From Saccostrea echinata (taxonomy: Eukaryota), in contig NW_026889803.1 in NCBI RefSeq assembly GCF_033153115.1, forward strand, positions 59,458,001-59,522,000: 64,000 nt of DNA, written 5' to 3'. Positions within the stretch are counted from its first letter, which is position 1; every line of letters starts with the position of its first letter. Of the stretch, positions 1 through 11,250 are shown one piece after another. The translations under genes were made by a program, and so were the position numbers. The notes below the pieces were generated by a model. It did no database searches. It worked only from the letters and a program-made list of their open reading frames with translations, and was not told where the DNA came from.

Positions 1-70
1 TTGATCTAAGAAATGAATTGAAACACATTTTTATTGTTTAGGACAAGATACATATAAATAAGAAAAGTAC

Positions 71-2498
71 CTCCGTGATCTAATTCGTTTGAGGTGTATG
101 TCCATCTATCCTTTCCTGAAACCTAGATAGGTAAAAAGAAGTCAAAAAATTAAAATCTTCCAATTTAATTTATTAGGAATTGACCTGACAAAATACAGAC
201 GAATAACCTGAAATTATGCTGACAAAATAATGACCAACTTATTAGAATATTGTGGGTCGACAGAGTACAGATCAATGATTTACCCGTCAGTAGCCTGACA
301 AAATACTGACAATACTTGCATGTAAGTGGGTTGACAAAGTACTTACATAAAACTTACCTGGAAGTGGGTTCATAAAGTAGACCAATGACTTTTGTGGAAG
401 TGAGCTGACAAAATTATTACTGTACATAAAACTAACCCGTCGCCCGCGTGTCGCAGTGGTTATAGAGCGTTTGCTCTAGAGTCGCAGAGTAAGGAGCTGC
501 TTCTTACGTTGCAGGTTCGAATCCACTGCGGGATTCGGAGACCGGTCCTTCAGATGAGACAGTATAAACCGAGGTCCAGAGTCGCAGTAGGTGTTGGCAC
601 GAAAAAGAACCCTCACTGCTCAATGGCCCTCAGTGCCGAGTATAGGTATAAATGCAGCCCTCCACCGGCAAATGGTGGCGTCTCCATATGGGTAAAAATT
701 TCTCGAAAGGGAAGTTAAACAACAAACAAGCAATAAAACTTACCCAGAAGTGAGCTGATAAAGTACCAAACAACCTACCAATCATTTACCTGAAAGTGAG
801 CTGAGATAGTACCGACTACTGCCTTCTTCAATGTGATGACCTCCTCTTTATCCTCTGGGTGGTAATGCACAAAATGAACCAGTCCCGTCTCTCCCAGTTC
901 AAACAGAAAACTGTAAAATCAGACTAAATATGAACCAGTCCATTTTCCCCATCTAAAACAGACTTTAAAAATCAGACTAAATTTGAACTAGTCCCGTCTC
1001 ACCCATCTCAAACAGAAAACTGTGAAAACAGACTAAATTTGAAGCAGTCCCCTTTCCCCCAGCTCAAACAGACCGTAAAATCAGACTAAATATGAATTAG
1101 TCCCCTGTCCCCCAGCTCAAACAGAAAGCTGTAAAAATCAGACTAAATATGAACCATTTTCTGTCCCCCAGCTCAAACAGAAAACTGTAAAATCAGACAT
1201 AATATGAAACAGTACTAGTCCCATCTCCCCCAGCTCAAATAGAAAACTGTAAAATCAGACTAAATATGAACCAGTCCCTCTCCCCCAACTCAAACAGAAA
1301 ACAGTAACAATCAGACTAAATATGAAGTCTAAAATTAAAAGTTAGACTGGTAATCTGATCAATAACTCACTGTCAAATGAAGGTAAACATTCAATGTTTA
1401 CTAATATTCTACTCCGGTCTAGCGAGCTTCTGCTTTCATTGTATCATATTTCACATTAATATAAATGTACTCACTGTCTACTCAGGTTCCACTTCATGGG
1501 ATTATCAGCATCTAAAAAAAATCAGCTTATACGTAAGGTAATTATATACTGAGATTTCACTTCAGTGGATTATCAGCGTCTAAAAAATCAGCTTATAATT
1601 AAGGTAATTAGGCTTTGGCATTTTTAAAATTTATTCTATATGCATAATTGAATAAATTCAATGTGCTTGTTTTTTGTGTATAATCTATTTGAAGACTTTT
1701 TTAAAGCTAGGTCCTTTAATTAATATTATCAAGCGGAAAAAATAAAATCAAGCAAGTCATAAGATACGATGATTTAAAACCGTACAACAGTACGAATCAA
1801 TTGACTCTTACAGTAGCCTCTTTGTGAGTGTTGGGTAAATGAGTCCACTTTCAGCTCGTACAGGGAGTGACTGCCGGTATGGTTGACATCTCGAATTTGA
1901 AACTTTTAATATGCAACAAAACATCATAAATGTTAATGTTTGAAAGTAATGTTTTGTTTTAAAAATGTACCTCGGTTTTACCAACGCCCAAATGTCATCT
2001 TACCTGGATTCAATACAAAAAGTCCACAAAAATACAGTGTAATTAATAAAAAGGTTTTATTTATTTATTTTTTTTTTAATTATTACTATTATTTTTTAAT
2101 TTATTGTTATTTTTTGGACCGCCTCAAATAGTTACCTTTGGTGGGGTAATGAAATGTTTAAAATAAAAACCAGGAAGGTACAATGCTTATGAAGCTTAGA
2201 AGAGATAAATCAGTACAGATTAGTATCACTTCATCACTTTACATTTTTGATGTAGAATTGAAAAACTAAATATGAATGCGCATTTTAAAATACTCTGGAT
2301 TAATTTTATTTTTTTAAATTATGTAGTCAGCCTTGAACATTTGCTTACCCGTATGACAGTGGTGATGTTATGCATCCCCAGGGTGTCTGTGGTGGAGGAG
2401 TAGGTGTAGTGATGTGTATAGCCAGGCTCGAAAAAGTAGCCCTGTGTTACTTTTAAGGCTATCCATAACAGGCAGAGTAAAAGCGAACCGGCCGCCAT
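71..2498 (-). CDS. 5' part of a secreted large lipid transfer protein (vitellogenin-N / apolipophorin / MTP-like); continues beyond the left edge
   Basis: Exons 2498-2349, 1902-1812, 1511-1475, 910-790, 122-71 join in frame across GT-AG introns. Protein: MAAGSLLLCLLWIALKVTQG (signal peptide) YFFEPGYTHHYTYSSTT...FLFELGETGLVHFVHYHPEDKEEVITLKKAVVGTISAHFQ...YTSNELDHG. This resembles the Vitellogenin_N patterns F.PG..Y.Y.Y, 'N.KRG..S..Q' and 'E.D..G'. Missed by the ORF track because the exons are short. Confidence 0.7.
200..820 (-). repeat. Degenerate ~40-bp tandem repeat derived from the exon end and donor at 790, interrupted by a SINE
   Basis: Recurring variants of 'ttacctgaaagtgagctgagatagtaccga' near 205, 280, 320, 355, 395 and 740, matching the real junction at 786-817. 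Confidence 0.55.
439..732 (+). mobile_element. tRNA-derived SINE with a Deu/Nin-like core, apparently full length
   Basis: A-box-like 'tcgcagtggtta' and B-box 'ggttcgaatcc'. Core 'cagatgagacagtataaaccgaggtcc' resembles the Nin/Deu domain. (aaac)n tail. Flanked by a 13-bp near-perfect TSD (ataaaactaaccc 426-438 / ataaaacttaccc 733-745). Related copies at ~20000/21000 and ~29900. Confidence 0.8.
872..1330 (-). repeat. ~60-bp minisatellite (7-8 copies) spanning the splice acceptor at 911/910
   Basis: Unit 'aaatatgaaccagtccc.tctcccccagctcaaacagaaaactgtaaaatcagact'. The leftmost copy is the real exon start plus acceptor. Confidence 0.85.
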
Positions 2499-3729
2499 GA
2501 CGGCCAGACTATATCTACCTTGATTTCACATTATCTGGTATATGTACGTAGGTTGCTAGGGAATTATGTTTTTGGGCGAAGGAGGAAGTTCTTCGTCCGA
2601 GTCAATGTTTCGTCCCCAATACCAAAGAGATGTCAACCATCTTTGATAACCTTGTTTGTAGGTATCGATTATCGTACCTGTTTTGTGTCATTTTGAAAGA
2701 TTTGGGCCCCCAAGACACTTAGAAATAAGATAAAAGCAAACACGAATTCAGACATGTTTCTTTATAAGAAAACTGTAAATCAAATAAACACAAAATCTAA
2801 AAACAGAGGGATTCAAAAACTGATTGGCAAATCAAAAAGAAAAGCAAATTCTTTTATCTTTGACAGTGCAAAAATCTAGACTTAAGGGTTTATTTAATCA
2901 ATCAAATACATTGAAAGATACTGAAAATAGATAAAAGTATTTGAGCTTGGAATATAAAATGTATCCCCTTAATCCCCTGAATTATATTTTTATTGATAGT
3001 TTTAATTATTTTAATACTTTGTACAAAAGATCGTTATCAAGCACCTTCTATCGCACAGGTCTTCCGTCATTTTTGTAGTTACTTGAGATATAGGAATAAA
3101 AATTCAGTAAGCTATTTTTTTTTTTACCTGGCTTATCTTTTACAAAAATCGTCTACTGCACCTTTGTTTTTGAAATGAATAAAGATGTAAAAAGATTGAA
3201 AACACTTTTCAACACCGTCTATTCGCGTAAAAGGAATATGATTCAAACGATTTATTTTACACCTACTTTATTTTCTCAACTTTCAAAAAAAACTAAGTGA
3301 TAAAATCAAAAATGGGTCACTGATGTAAGGGAGAGAATATAAGTATTATTTTCAATTTAAAAATTAAATGACAGAAAAACTAACGATATTGACCTTTTTC
3401 AGGAATTGAAATCGTTAATAAAAATCCTTTCGGGATTTTTTTCAAGAGGCCCATGAGCCATATCGTTCACCTGAGCACTTTGCCACTGCTAGAGAAAAAG
3501 CAGAAATCAGTTCAATAATGAAAAATAATAATTATAATAAATATATAAGTTGTCCCACCCTGACCTTAAAACAAAGACCAAAAAAACCCTCTAATCTCAC
3601 CAAATGATTTCGTCATCAAACCTCAAAATGTTTTGTCGTAAAAGTGGATGAAGAACCAGAGAGGAATTTCATACAAGTAAATTGAAAAATATTTAAAACA
3701 GAAAATCATTGATTATGATTTCGAAACGT

Positions 3730-4410
3730 CGCAAGTGAAAAGTTAAAGTCATCAATTACAAGTTTATCATAAGGATTTGTTGTTAGATTACCATGTCTTT
3801 TTCTAGTAAAATATCCCAATATGAAAAAGATGTATCAGACTCTGTGGTATCTTTCATTTCAAGCTCACTTGGATATATCGTGTCAACATATGAATGGAAA
3901 TAACTATTGTTAATTGATAATACGTCGCCGATATATCTAAATGTCGAGTTGAAGGCCACAGCAAGACATTTCTTTTTCTCAAGTATGAGATTTTGAATAA
4001 ATTCTGGTTCATATGAATACAAAAACGGGTCTGCTAACAACGGGGCGCAATTGGTACCCATCGTAATTCCAACAGATTGTTGGAAGACCTGGTCTCCAAA
4101 AACCACATAGATATTATCAATCAGAAACTCAAGCATCTTTTTAATATCAACCTCAGAGTACTTGTGTGCACAAACAGAATTTTTTTTTAACAAAATAATT
4201 TTGCAAATGACCAATGACAAGGTAAGTTAATTTACGAGTTCCATTTTTATTGAAAAAGCAGCTGTCAATAATGTAAAAAAGCTTGGACTTTAATTTATCG
4301 TGGGGAATGGTTGTATGCATAGTTGAAAAGTCGTAAATTTTTATGTTATTGATTTTGGTAATGTTTTGTGATTTTAAATTTTCCAAACGTTCCTTGGAAT
4401 TTTTAATAAC
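3730..4410 (-). mobile_element. Penelope-like retroelement reverse transcriptase fragment (frameshifted)
   Basis: ORFs 4153-4386 (YDFSTMHTTIPH) and 3783-4220 (QQSVGITMGTNCAPLLAD...FRYIGDVLSINN, a decayed YIDD motif). Confidence 0.8.
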
Positions 4411-4776
4411 TTTGATTTACTATAGTAAAAACTTTGTTACTAAAGTAAATTATAGTTAACTATAGTAAACAATAGTTAACTATGTTATTTTTGTTAGAGT
4501 TTTAAATGTTTAAAAAAAATCGTGTTTAATTAATCTATTTATTTATAAAATAAAACATAACTCCCTCTATGGTCATGTGATACAGGAAATACGCAATTTA
4601 CCTACAATGTTCTTCTTGTTGATTTGTCTATTTTTATATATGGTTGATAAAGACTCTATTGAAAAAGATTCGCCAGATATATTTTGTAAGTAGTAAAGTC
4701 ATTTGAGAAAAGTAACAATATGTTAAGAGATGCACGCATCTTTGTAAACAATCTTAAATGGTAATCGCCACTAAAT

Positions 4777-7700
4777 ATGGAATACAATATTTCAATTTTG
4801 TTCATTATTTTAATTTCAACCATTAAAGAAGTGAGTGCCTCGTCAGATTGGAATATCGGAAACCTCCTTCAGCAATATTTTACGTTGTGTGGCCCAAATC
4901 ACTTTTGCTTTATGCATGCTTTTGTCTGGACGACGCACGCTGATAATATCAAGCACAACTGTCCGCCATGTTCCTGTGAAAAGAAATGCTGGGCAGATCG
5001 TAACTGTTGCCCGGATTTGTATTTCTCTCATCCAGAGCCTGCCTGCACATCTGCTGCCATTTTAAATGAATCATTAACCTATGAACAAAGTTCAACCTTT
5101 CTTATGATCGATTCCTGTCCAAAAAGTACAGACAAGGAGATAAAACGGAACTGTGAAGGTGATTCAAGTTATACTGAAAAAATTCTCTATCCTCCAGTGA
5201 CCAGTCAAAACTCCTCCCTGGCGTACCTAAACCGTTACTGTGCTGACTGCAATGATGATTTCAATTACGATCCTTGGCCATTAGATATCGTCTGTGACAA
5301 GTTCTTAGACATTAATTTCATTTCTTCGTATGCTGAATTGATTGAAAAGGGAAGAGAGAATCGGTGCAATATATTGTCATATCCTCCGCACGAAGAGATC
5401 AACTACAGGTGTAGACAGGATGTGCAAGTAAGGGTGAACTTTGATTCGTGTAATAAAACCGGAAGCTGGAAAACATTTGACTACAATATTCAACGAGCCT
5501 GTGAATCCAGGTATATCAATAAAGACAAAATGTTTAAAAACATGTTCTGCAAAATCTGCAATCCCCCTGTCTATACTGAGAATGTGATTGGTCGATGTAA
5601 TGTCACGGGTATGTGGGATGAATATAATCCAACACACGAGAGAGCATGTCTAAATAATGACTTTAACCCAGGTTCACTTCCGTATAGAAATGTATTTTGT
5701 TTTTCGTGTAATAAACCAGCACGATTCAATTCCAATTTCCTTGATGTCAACGCAGAAATAAAGTCAAAAATTAATGATATTCAAAATACAGGAGAAACTA
5801 AATCTTTTTATTTCGACATTAGCGTTTTAAACTTTGATGAGGACTTCTTCGAAACTAAAATCAACGGTGAGCAATCGGACTATAAGAAGAGACCAAACGA
5901 TGTGATTATCCAGTCTCCAAACATAACAAACCTTTTATTCAAAAGAATGTCTCTAGACGGAAACATGAACACCTGTGGAAATTACAGCATTCCAAGTCTG
6001 TTTTCTACTGTCGAAAGTAATTGTTCATGTGACCCTAAATGCATTTTTACCGACGGTCTTTACGGGTCTCAGAGGTGTTGTTCTGACGTCCCTCTGAGAT
6101 ATCCTTCCGTTTGTCTGAGTGAAAAGAAATTATCGATGAAAGAGGTACAAAGGAACGCAGAAGAACTCCTTGTAACAAGTGGATGCTATGGAACCAAAGA
6201 ATTTCCAGAATTTATTAAAAGAGGATGTCATGAACAATTTGAAGATGTTTTTTCTTTGCATCCAGTCACAGATTTATCAACTGATATCCCGTATCTGAAT
6301 ATGTATTGTTTACAATGTAGCAAGTCTCCATCAACCAAACTAGCAAGACACAAACCATGGGATATTACGGCAAATTGTTCCGTCTTTATAGACTATCCAA
6401 ATTTCTTACTTTTTTCGAATTTTCTTAAAGCGCTACGATCTGCAGGCTGTGAAACATATTATCACCCCCCTAATTCAGTGACTTCTTGTCAATACAGCAA
6501 AGGTAAAATGTGTTTCCGAAAGACTGACAGCATAATAGACAAATGTAATAAAACAGGACATTGGCCGTACAAAGATCCGGATATTCACAGGGCATGTGAA
6601 TTTATGCCAGCGGGTTCTTTACCTTTGTGGCGCGATAATAACAATGATCAAATGACAACATATAAAAACGTTTATTGTGCGATATGTAATCCCCCGGAAT
6701 GGTCGAATCCTTTTGTTGAAAATTGTTCCTCTGAAGTCAGTACGATCAACATCCAGAAGTGTAACTTTTTCCCCAAAATTTATTTCTTATATCCGTACAA
6801 GAATATCTTCTGTGACTTTTGTACAAATGAATTCTTGAGAACAAAAACAATCTCTAACAATGTTTGTTATAATGTTGACCACCGATACCCACTATCATTG
6901 GAGACGGGAGACAGCATCCTTTCTCAATACTTCTCACCATATAGGTCTATTGCGAAATCCTCGAATTATTTATATAAATATCCGAATGACAATTTTCGCG
7001 CTGAAGTCATTGGTGAACCTCGATGCATGGAAGCACAAAAATTTTACTCATTGATGGTATTTGTATTTCTGTATTTTGTCTCAGCAGTCAATTTTCGCTT
7101 TATTCATACAATGCAATTTGCAAAACTTTGTTCCCACATGATTAAGTAAAGTCAATACGTTTTCTATTTCAGGGAGGCTGCAGAAACATCACATGTTATC
7201 CCGGGAAAGCTTTGAATCTTGGTAAATCTTGTTTGCCGCTATTTAGAAAAGCACGAAATCTCCGATACCACATGGATGCCTATTTCAACTGCTCTACTCA
7301 GTTTAACACTTCTACTGAGGATACGCTGTATAATGTACTTCGATTTCCATTTTACAAATTGGGATTTCTGTTTGGCCAAAGGTCTTTGAGAAAATTGATA
7401 ACGGAGATTGATATACCTTGTCAGGGAAACACTCTTCTGGAAAATTATTTTCAATTGCATTTGAGTTTCATACTATTTTTTGAAAATCCAGTCCCGAGAC
7501 TTCAAAGAGAATTAGATCTCTTGAATATCAAGTACAATTTTAGTATTCCTGGAATTACCATGATTTCAAACGCCCCTCCCGCCGAATCTAACTGGTCTTG
7601 TTCCTTTATCTATGATGACAATTCTGATGATTGGACTAAATATCGTGATGTTCGAGTAAGCAATCTTTTAGTTTGCACACAAATTGAGTTAAGTCGACAA

Positions 7701-8732
7701 GAATTTGAAATTTATAAAACGGGGGAAAATACTGTTATGCTAATAAAAATGTATAACATAACTATAGATTGGGAAGATTTTGACATTTTGCCTGACGGTA
7801 CAGCACGCGTTTGTGTCTCTGCCTTACATCAGAATCAGAAACAAACGACTTACGAAATTTATTTCAAGAAAAGGCAACAGGGTTCCATAGTATTTGCCTT
7901 CTTGGTCTTGTCTTGTATTTTTCTCTTTATTACGTTTTGCACGTACTGTATATTCCACGAGCTACGGACATTGCCAGGAGGAACAATAATGATTCTCATT
8001 GCTGTTTTGTTCACGACATTTGCTTTCATTCTTAATGGCAGCGGAGGAGAGGTCAATACAAGAAGATGCGTAGTATTCGGCATAATTACCCACTACCTGT
8101 GGCTAACCTCATTCTTTTCTATGAACATATGTAGTTTTCATTTGTATCGAGTTTTCCATTCCAAATTTCCTCTGCACAACCAAAATAACAAATGGTGCAT
8201 CTTGGGTAAATATTCTGTTTATATCTTTGTTATCCCGCTGGTGATTGTTTCAACCAACATAACAGTGATGATTATGACAAAACATGATATTGGATATGGG
8301 AAAGTAAAATGCTTTATACATGAAAGCCTACACCTGATCGTATTTTTCCTCATTCCGGTTGGCCTCCTGTGTACAGTAAACTTATTTTTCTTTATTAAAA
8401 CCTTGTCAACAATAATTCGATCTCCCAAACTCCGCAAGAATAAAGCAAAGACAAATGAATTCTCCATATTTGCGCGCTTATTTACAATCACCGGTGCAAC
8501 TTGGTTATTACAGATCATGGGTGATTTTGTAGAAAATACAGAGGTCTCTTTTGTGTTTAGCGCTATTAACAGTCTACAAGGTGTATTTATATTCATTGCA
8601 TTTATGTGTAGTAGGAGAACGCTAAAACTTTATCAAAGATTAATTTTCCGACGTCGGAAGAGAGAGGGTTCTGCAACATCTGTTACCAGAAGTACCCAAA
8701 AAACATTCACTGAATCCGAAACTTCTGCATGA
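4777..8732 (+). CDS. Class B (secretin/Methuselah/adhesion-like) 7TM GPCR with a large Cys-rich ectodomain, ~1279 aa
   Basis: Exon 1 is 4777-7056 (signal peptide, SMB-like CSC...C....CC.D modules, repeated CN.TG.W...AC...N.FC..CN modules). GT-AG intron 7057-7172 (phase 0). Exon 2 is 7173-8732 with seven hydrophobic helices and the family-B motifs ELRTLPG, HYLWL.SFF.M, GYG..KCFI, TG.TW, NSLQGVFIF. Confidence 0.9.
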
Positions 8733-9099
8733 CACGTACCTATTCAGCGTTTATCTTATGCTAAGCATTCATACAGTTACTTCTTCTTATCGATTACTCT
8801 GGAATGTACCCTAGTATTGAACCTAACTACTCGCTCTTATCACAGCAGAGCCGCAGTGCCTCTATTGTATTTTAGTATTGGGAAGAATGTCCTGGTAGAG
8901 AAGCGTAATATTATTGTAAGGACAGAAGGACAAAAAATTGGATGCTTGGATTGATATATATTTTTGGACAAATTTTGATTGTAAAAGATGCAAATATTAA
9001 ATTTCTAAAATAATAAGAAATTGTAATAAAAGCTTCTGTGATGTTCAAATTTCTATATATTTCCTGTCACCGTTATATATCTATACAATGAAATATGGA

Positions 9100-9500
9100 G
9101 ATAACGAACAGTAATCAAGATCAAAAGTCCATTGGAACAATACAAATCAACAAGTTGATGAATCAAGAATATCAGCAGTCTCGTTTAAAGTCGTCATTTC
9201 GTAAGTTCTATGGTCGATAGAATGACCTTGTCAGCAAATACAATTTATCATTAAGTCAAATGCTGACTGACGTTTTTCATACTAATTATTAGGCCATTAT
9301 TTACAAACTGAATTGTCAACGGATTTTTCCGTTATTACCCGATCATGACAAGGGGCACACAGCGGGTGTGACAGGTTCGCAGGGGATACTCATCCCTCCA
9401 TGGCACCTGATCCCACCTCTGATGTTTTAGAGGTCCGTGTTTCCTCTGTTCCAAAATTTGTATTGTTTAATGAACTTCTGAGCTTGAATACTGTTTGTTA
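9100..9500 (+). mobile_element. Penelope-like element 3' fragment
   Basis: Near-identical to 10630-11000 (KLM.QEYQQSRLKSSFRKFYGR region plus the conserved 3' motif 'gcgggtgtgac...ggggat.ctca..cctccatggca..tgatccca'). Confidence 0.7.
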
Positions 9501-10529
9501 TCTTCATACATTTCATCTAAACATGCATGTTTATTTCTGATGTGTACCTCATTTGGAAAATACGACAATTAAAAGTTGACTAGCTAAAGTAAAAAAAAAA
9601 TAACTATGATTAATGAAAAAAATGTCTGGAACTTGCAATGGGTACCTGAACAGAAGACCCCTAACACAAAAATAGCTAGTTCAGCGACCACCATTAAGCT
9701 ACGGTCATTATTGAAAAATAATGTGTCTTTTGTGTTTTAGCCCCGTGTTAGTCTTTTGGAAAATCGGATACCTGAAGTATATAATCATTTTTTATGAGAA
9801 GACTAAGTTACACCAAAAGCATTTTGATATAACAGTATACTATGATATCAAAAGAGCATAACCCAAATTTCTCGGTTTATGGTGGTTCAAATACACAATT
9901 CTGTACGTTTTCAGTGCTCACTCAATAGTTCTCCATATATCCCATGCAGAATCTGTAAATTTCATTGATCTTGTCTGAGATAATGAAAATTTTGCCAGGT
10001 CATGGTATAATTTGCATTTGTTTAGAAGATTTACAAGATTTACTAAATATCATAAAACATTGAAATATTTTGGATATTTGAAAACGCGCTATACTCTAGG
10101 CTTTGTCACATACTAAGTGCGCTATGCCTCTTTGCTATTCACAATAAATCAGTGGATATTTACTGACTTTCTAATATAAATTTAGAAAATTGTGCTCTTT
10201 TCAAATAAGAGAATTTTTTATTTTGGAAAATCGTAAAATGTAAATAAAAAAATATATATTCATTAACAACAATTGGAAAATCTTAAAACGGCAAAGCATT
10301 TTTTCAGTGGTATTAGAATTTTTTATTATTGTCATTTTTTTTTCAATATCGTTAAGGTAATGAACCCATAATAGCATCAAATTCAATTATAGTGAATGCA
10401 TAACAGATATGTATTGGGTGAATACTCAGAATATTTAGACATAATTTTCATGTTTCAGTATCGGTATTAAGAGCGGAAGGTGTCCTAATTTATTACCTTG
10501 TCCTGTCCTTGAAGATTTATCCCAAATAT

Positions 10530-11000
10530 GCAGTACCTTCATCACCTGCATATGGGGTATATATCTCTCAGTTGATTCGATACGCAAGAGCATGCTCTAC
10601 GTACGTACAATTTCTAAAACGAGGTAAATTATTGACAAACAAGTTAATGCAACAAGAATATCAGCAGTCTCGTTTAAAGTCATCATTTCGTAAGTTCTAT
10701 GGTCGATACAATGACCTTGTCAGCAAATACAGTTTATCATTGAGTCAAATGCTGACTGACGTTTTTCATACTATTTGCTAGGCAATTATTACACACTAAA
10801 TTGCCGACGGATTTTTCCGTTATTTCCCGAACATGACAAGGAGCACACGGCGGGTGTGACCGGTGGGCAGGGGATGCTCACTTCTCCATGGCAGATGATC
10901 CCATCTCTGATATTTGGGGGTCCGTGTTTGCTCTGCTCCTATTTTGTATTGTTAAATGGACTTTTGAGCTTGAATACGTTCGTTATCTCCATATATTTCA
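10530..11000 (+). mobile_element. Penelope-like element 3' fragment (RT thumb / C-terminus and 3' region)
   Basis: ORF 10509-10781 reads PSSPAYGVYISQLIRYARACSTY...; same family as the fragments at 3.8 kb, 9.1 kb and 36-38 kb. Confidence 0.75.
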
Positions 11001-11250
11001 TCCCCTTTTGCTCTCAATCAATAAAAATCAATTTTAAAACTCTATCTGGTACAGAAAATATAAAGGAACAGAATAATTCTCCTCGATCAACCCATTCTAT
11101 CAAAAACAGATGTGATTAATGACAGTAAAAATATGGGTTTATGTTTTAATACCTGATAAATTAAAATATAAAAAGAATACTCGATACAGATGCTGATACT
11201 TTATTTTTAAACAAATCACGAATATAAAAAAGTTCGAGCCAGAAAAAGAG

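Noticed and set aside
439-535. tRNA gene
   Set aside because: A and B boxes are present, but there is no clean cloverleaf. The sequence continues into a SINE core and tail with TSDs, and related copies occur elsewhere in the window.
4777-7149. Separate 790-aa secreted protein and 506-aa GPCR, as listed in the ORF track
   Set aside because: A phase-0 GT-AG intron (7057-7172) joins them, and the second ORF lacks its own ATG and signal peptide.
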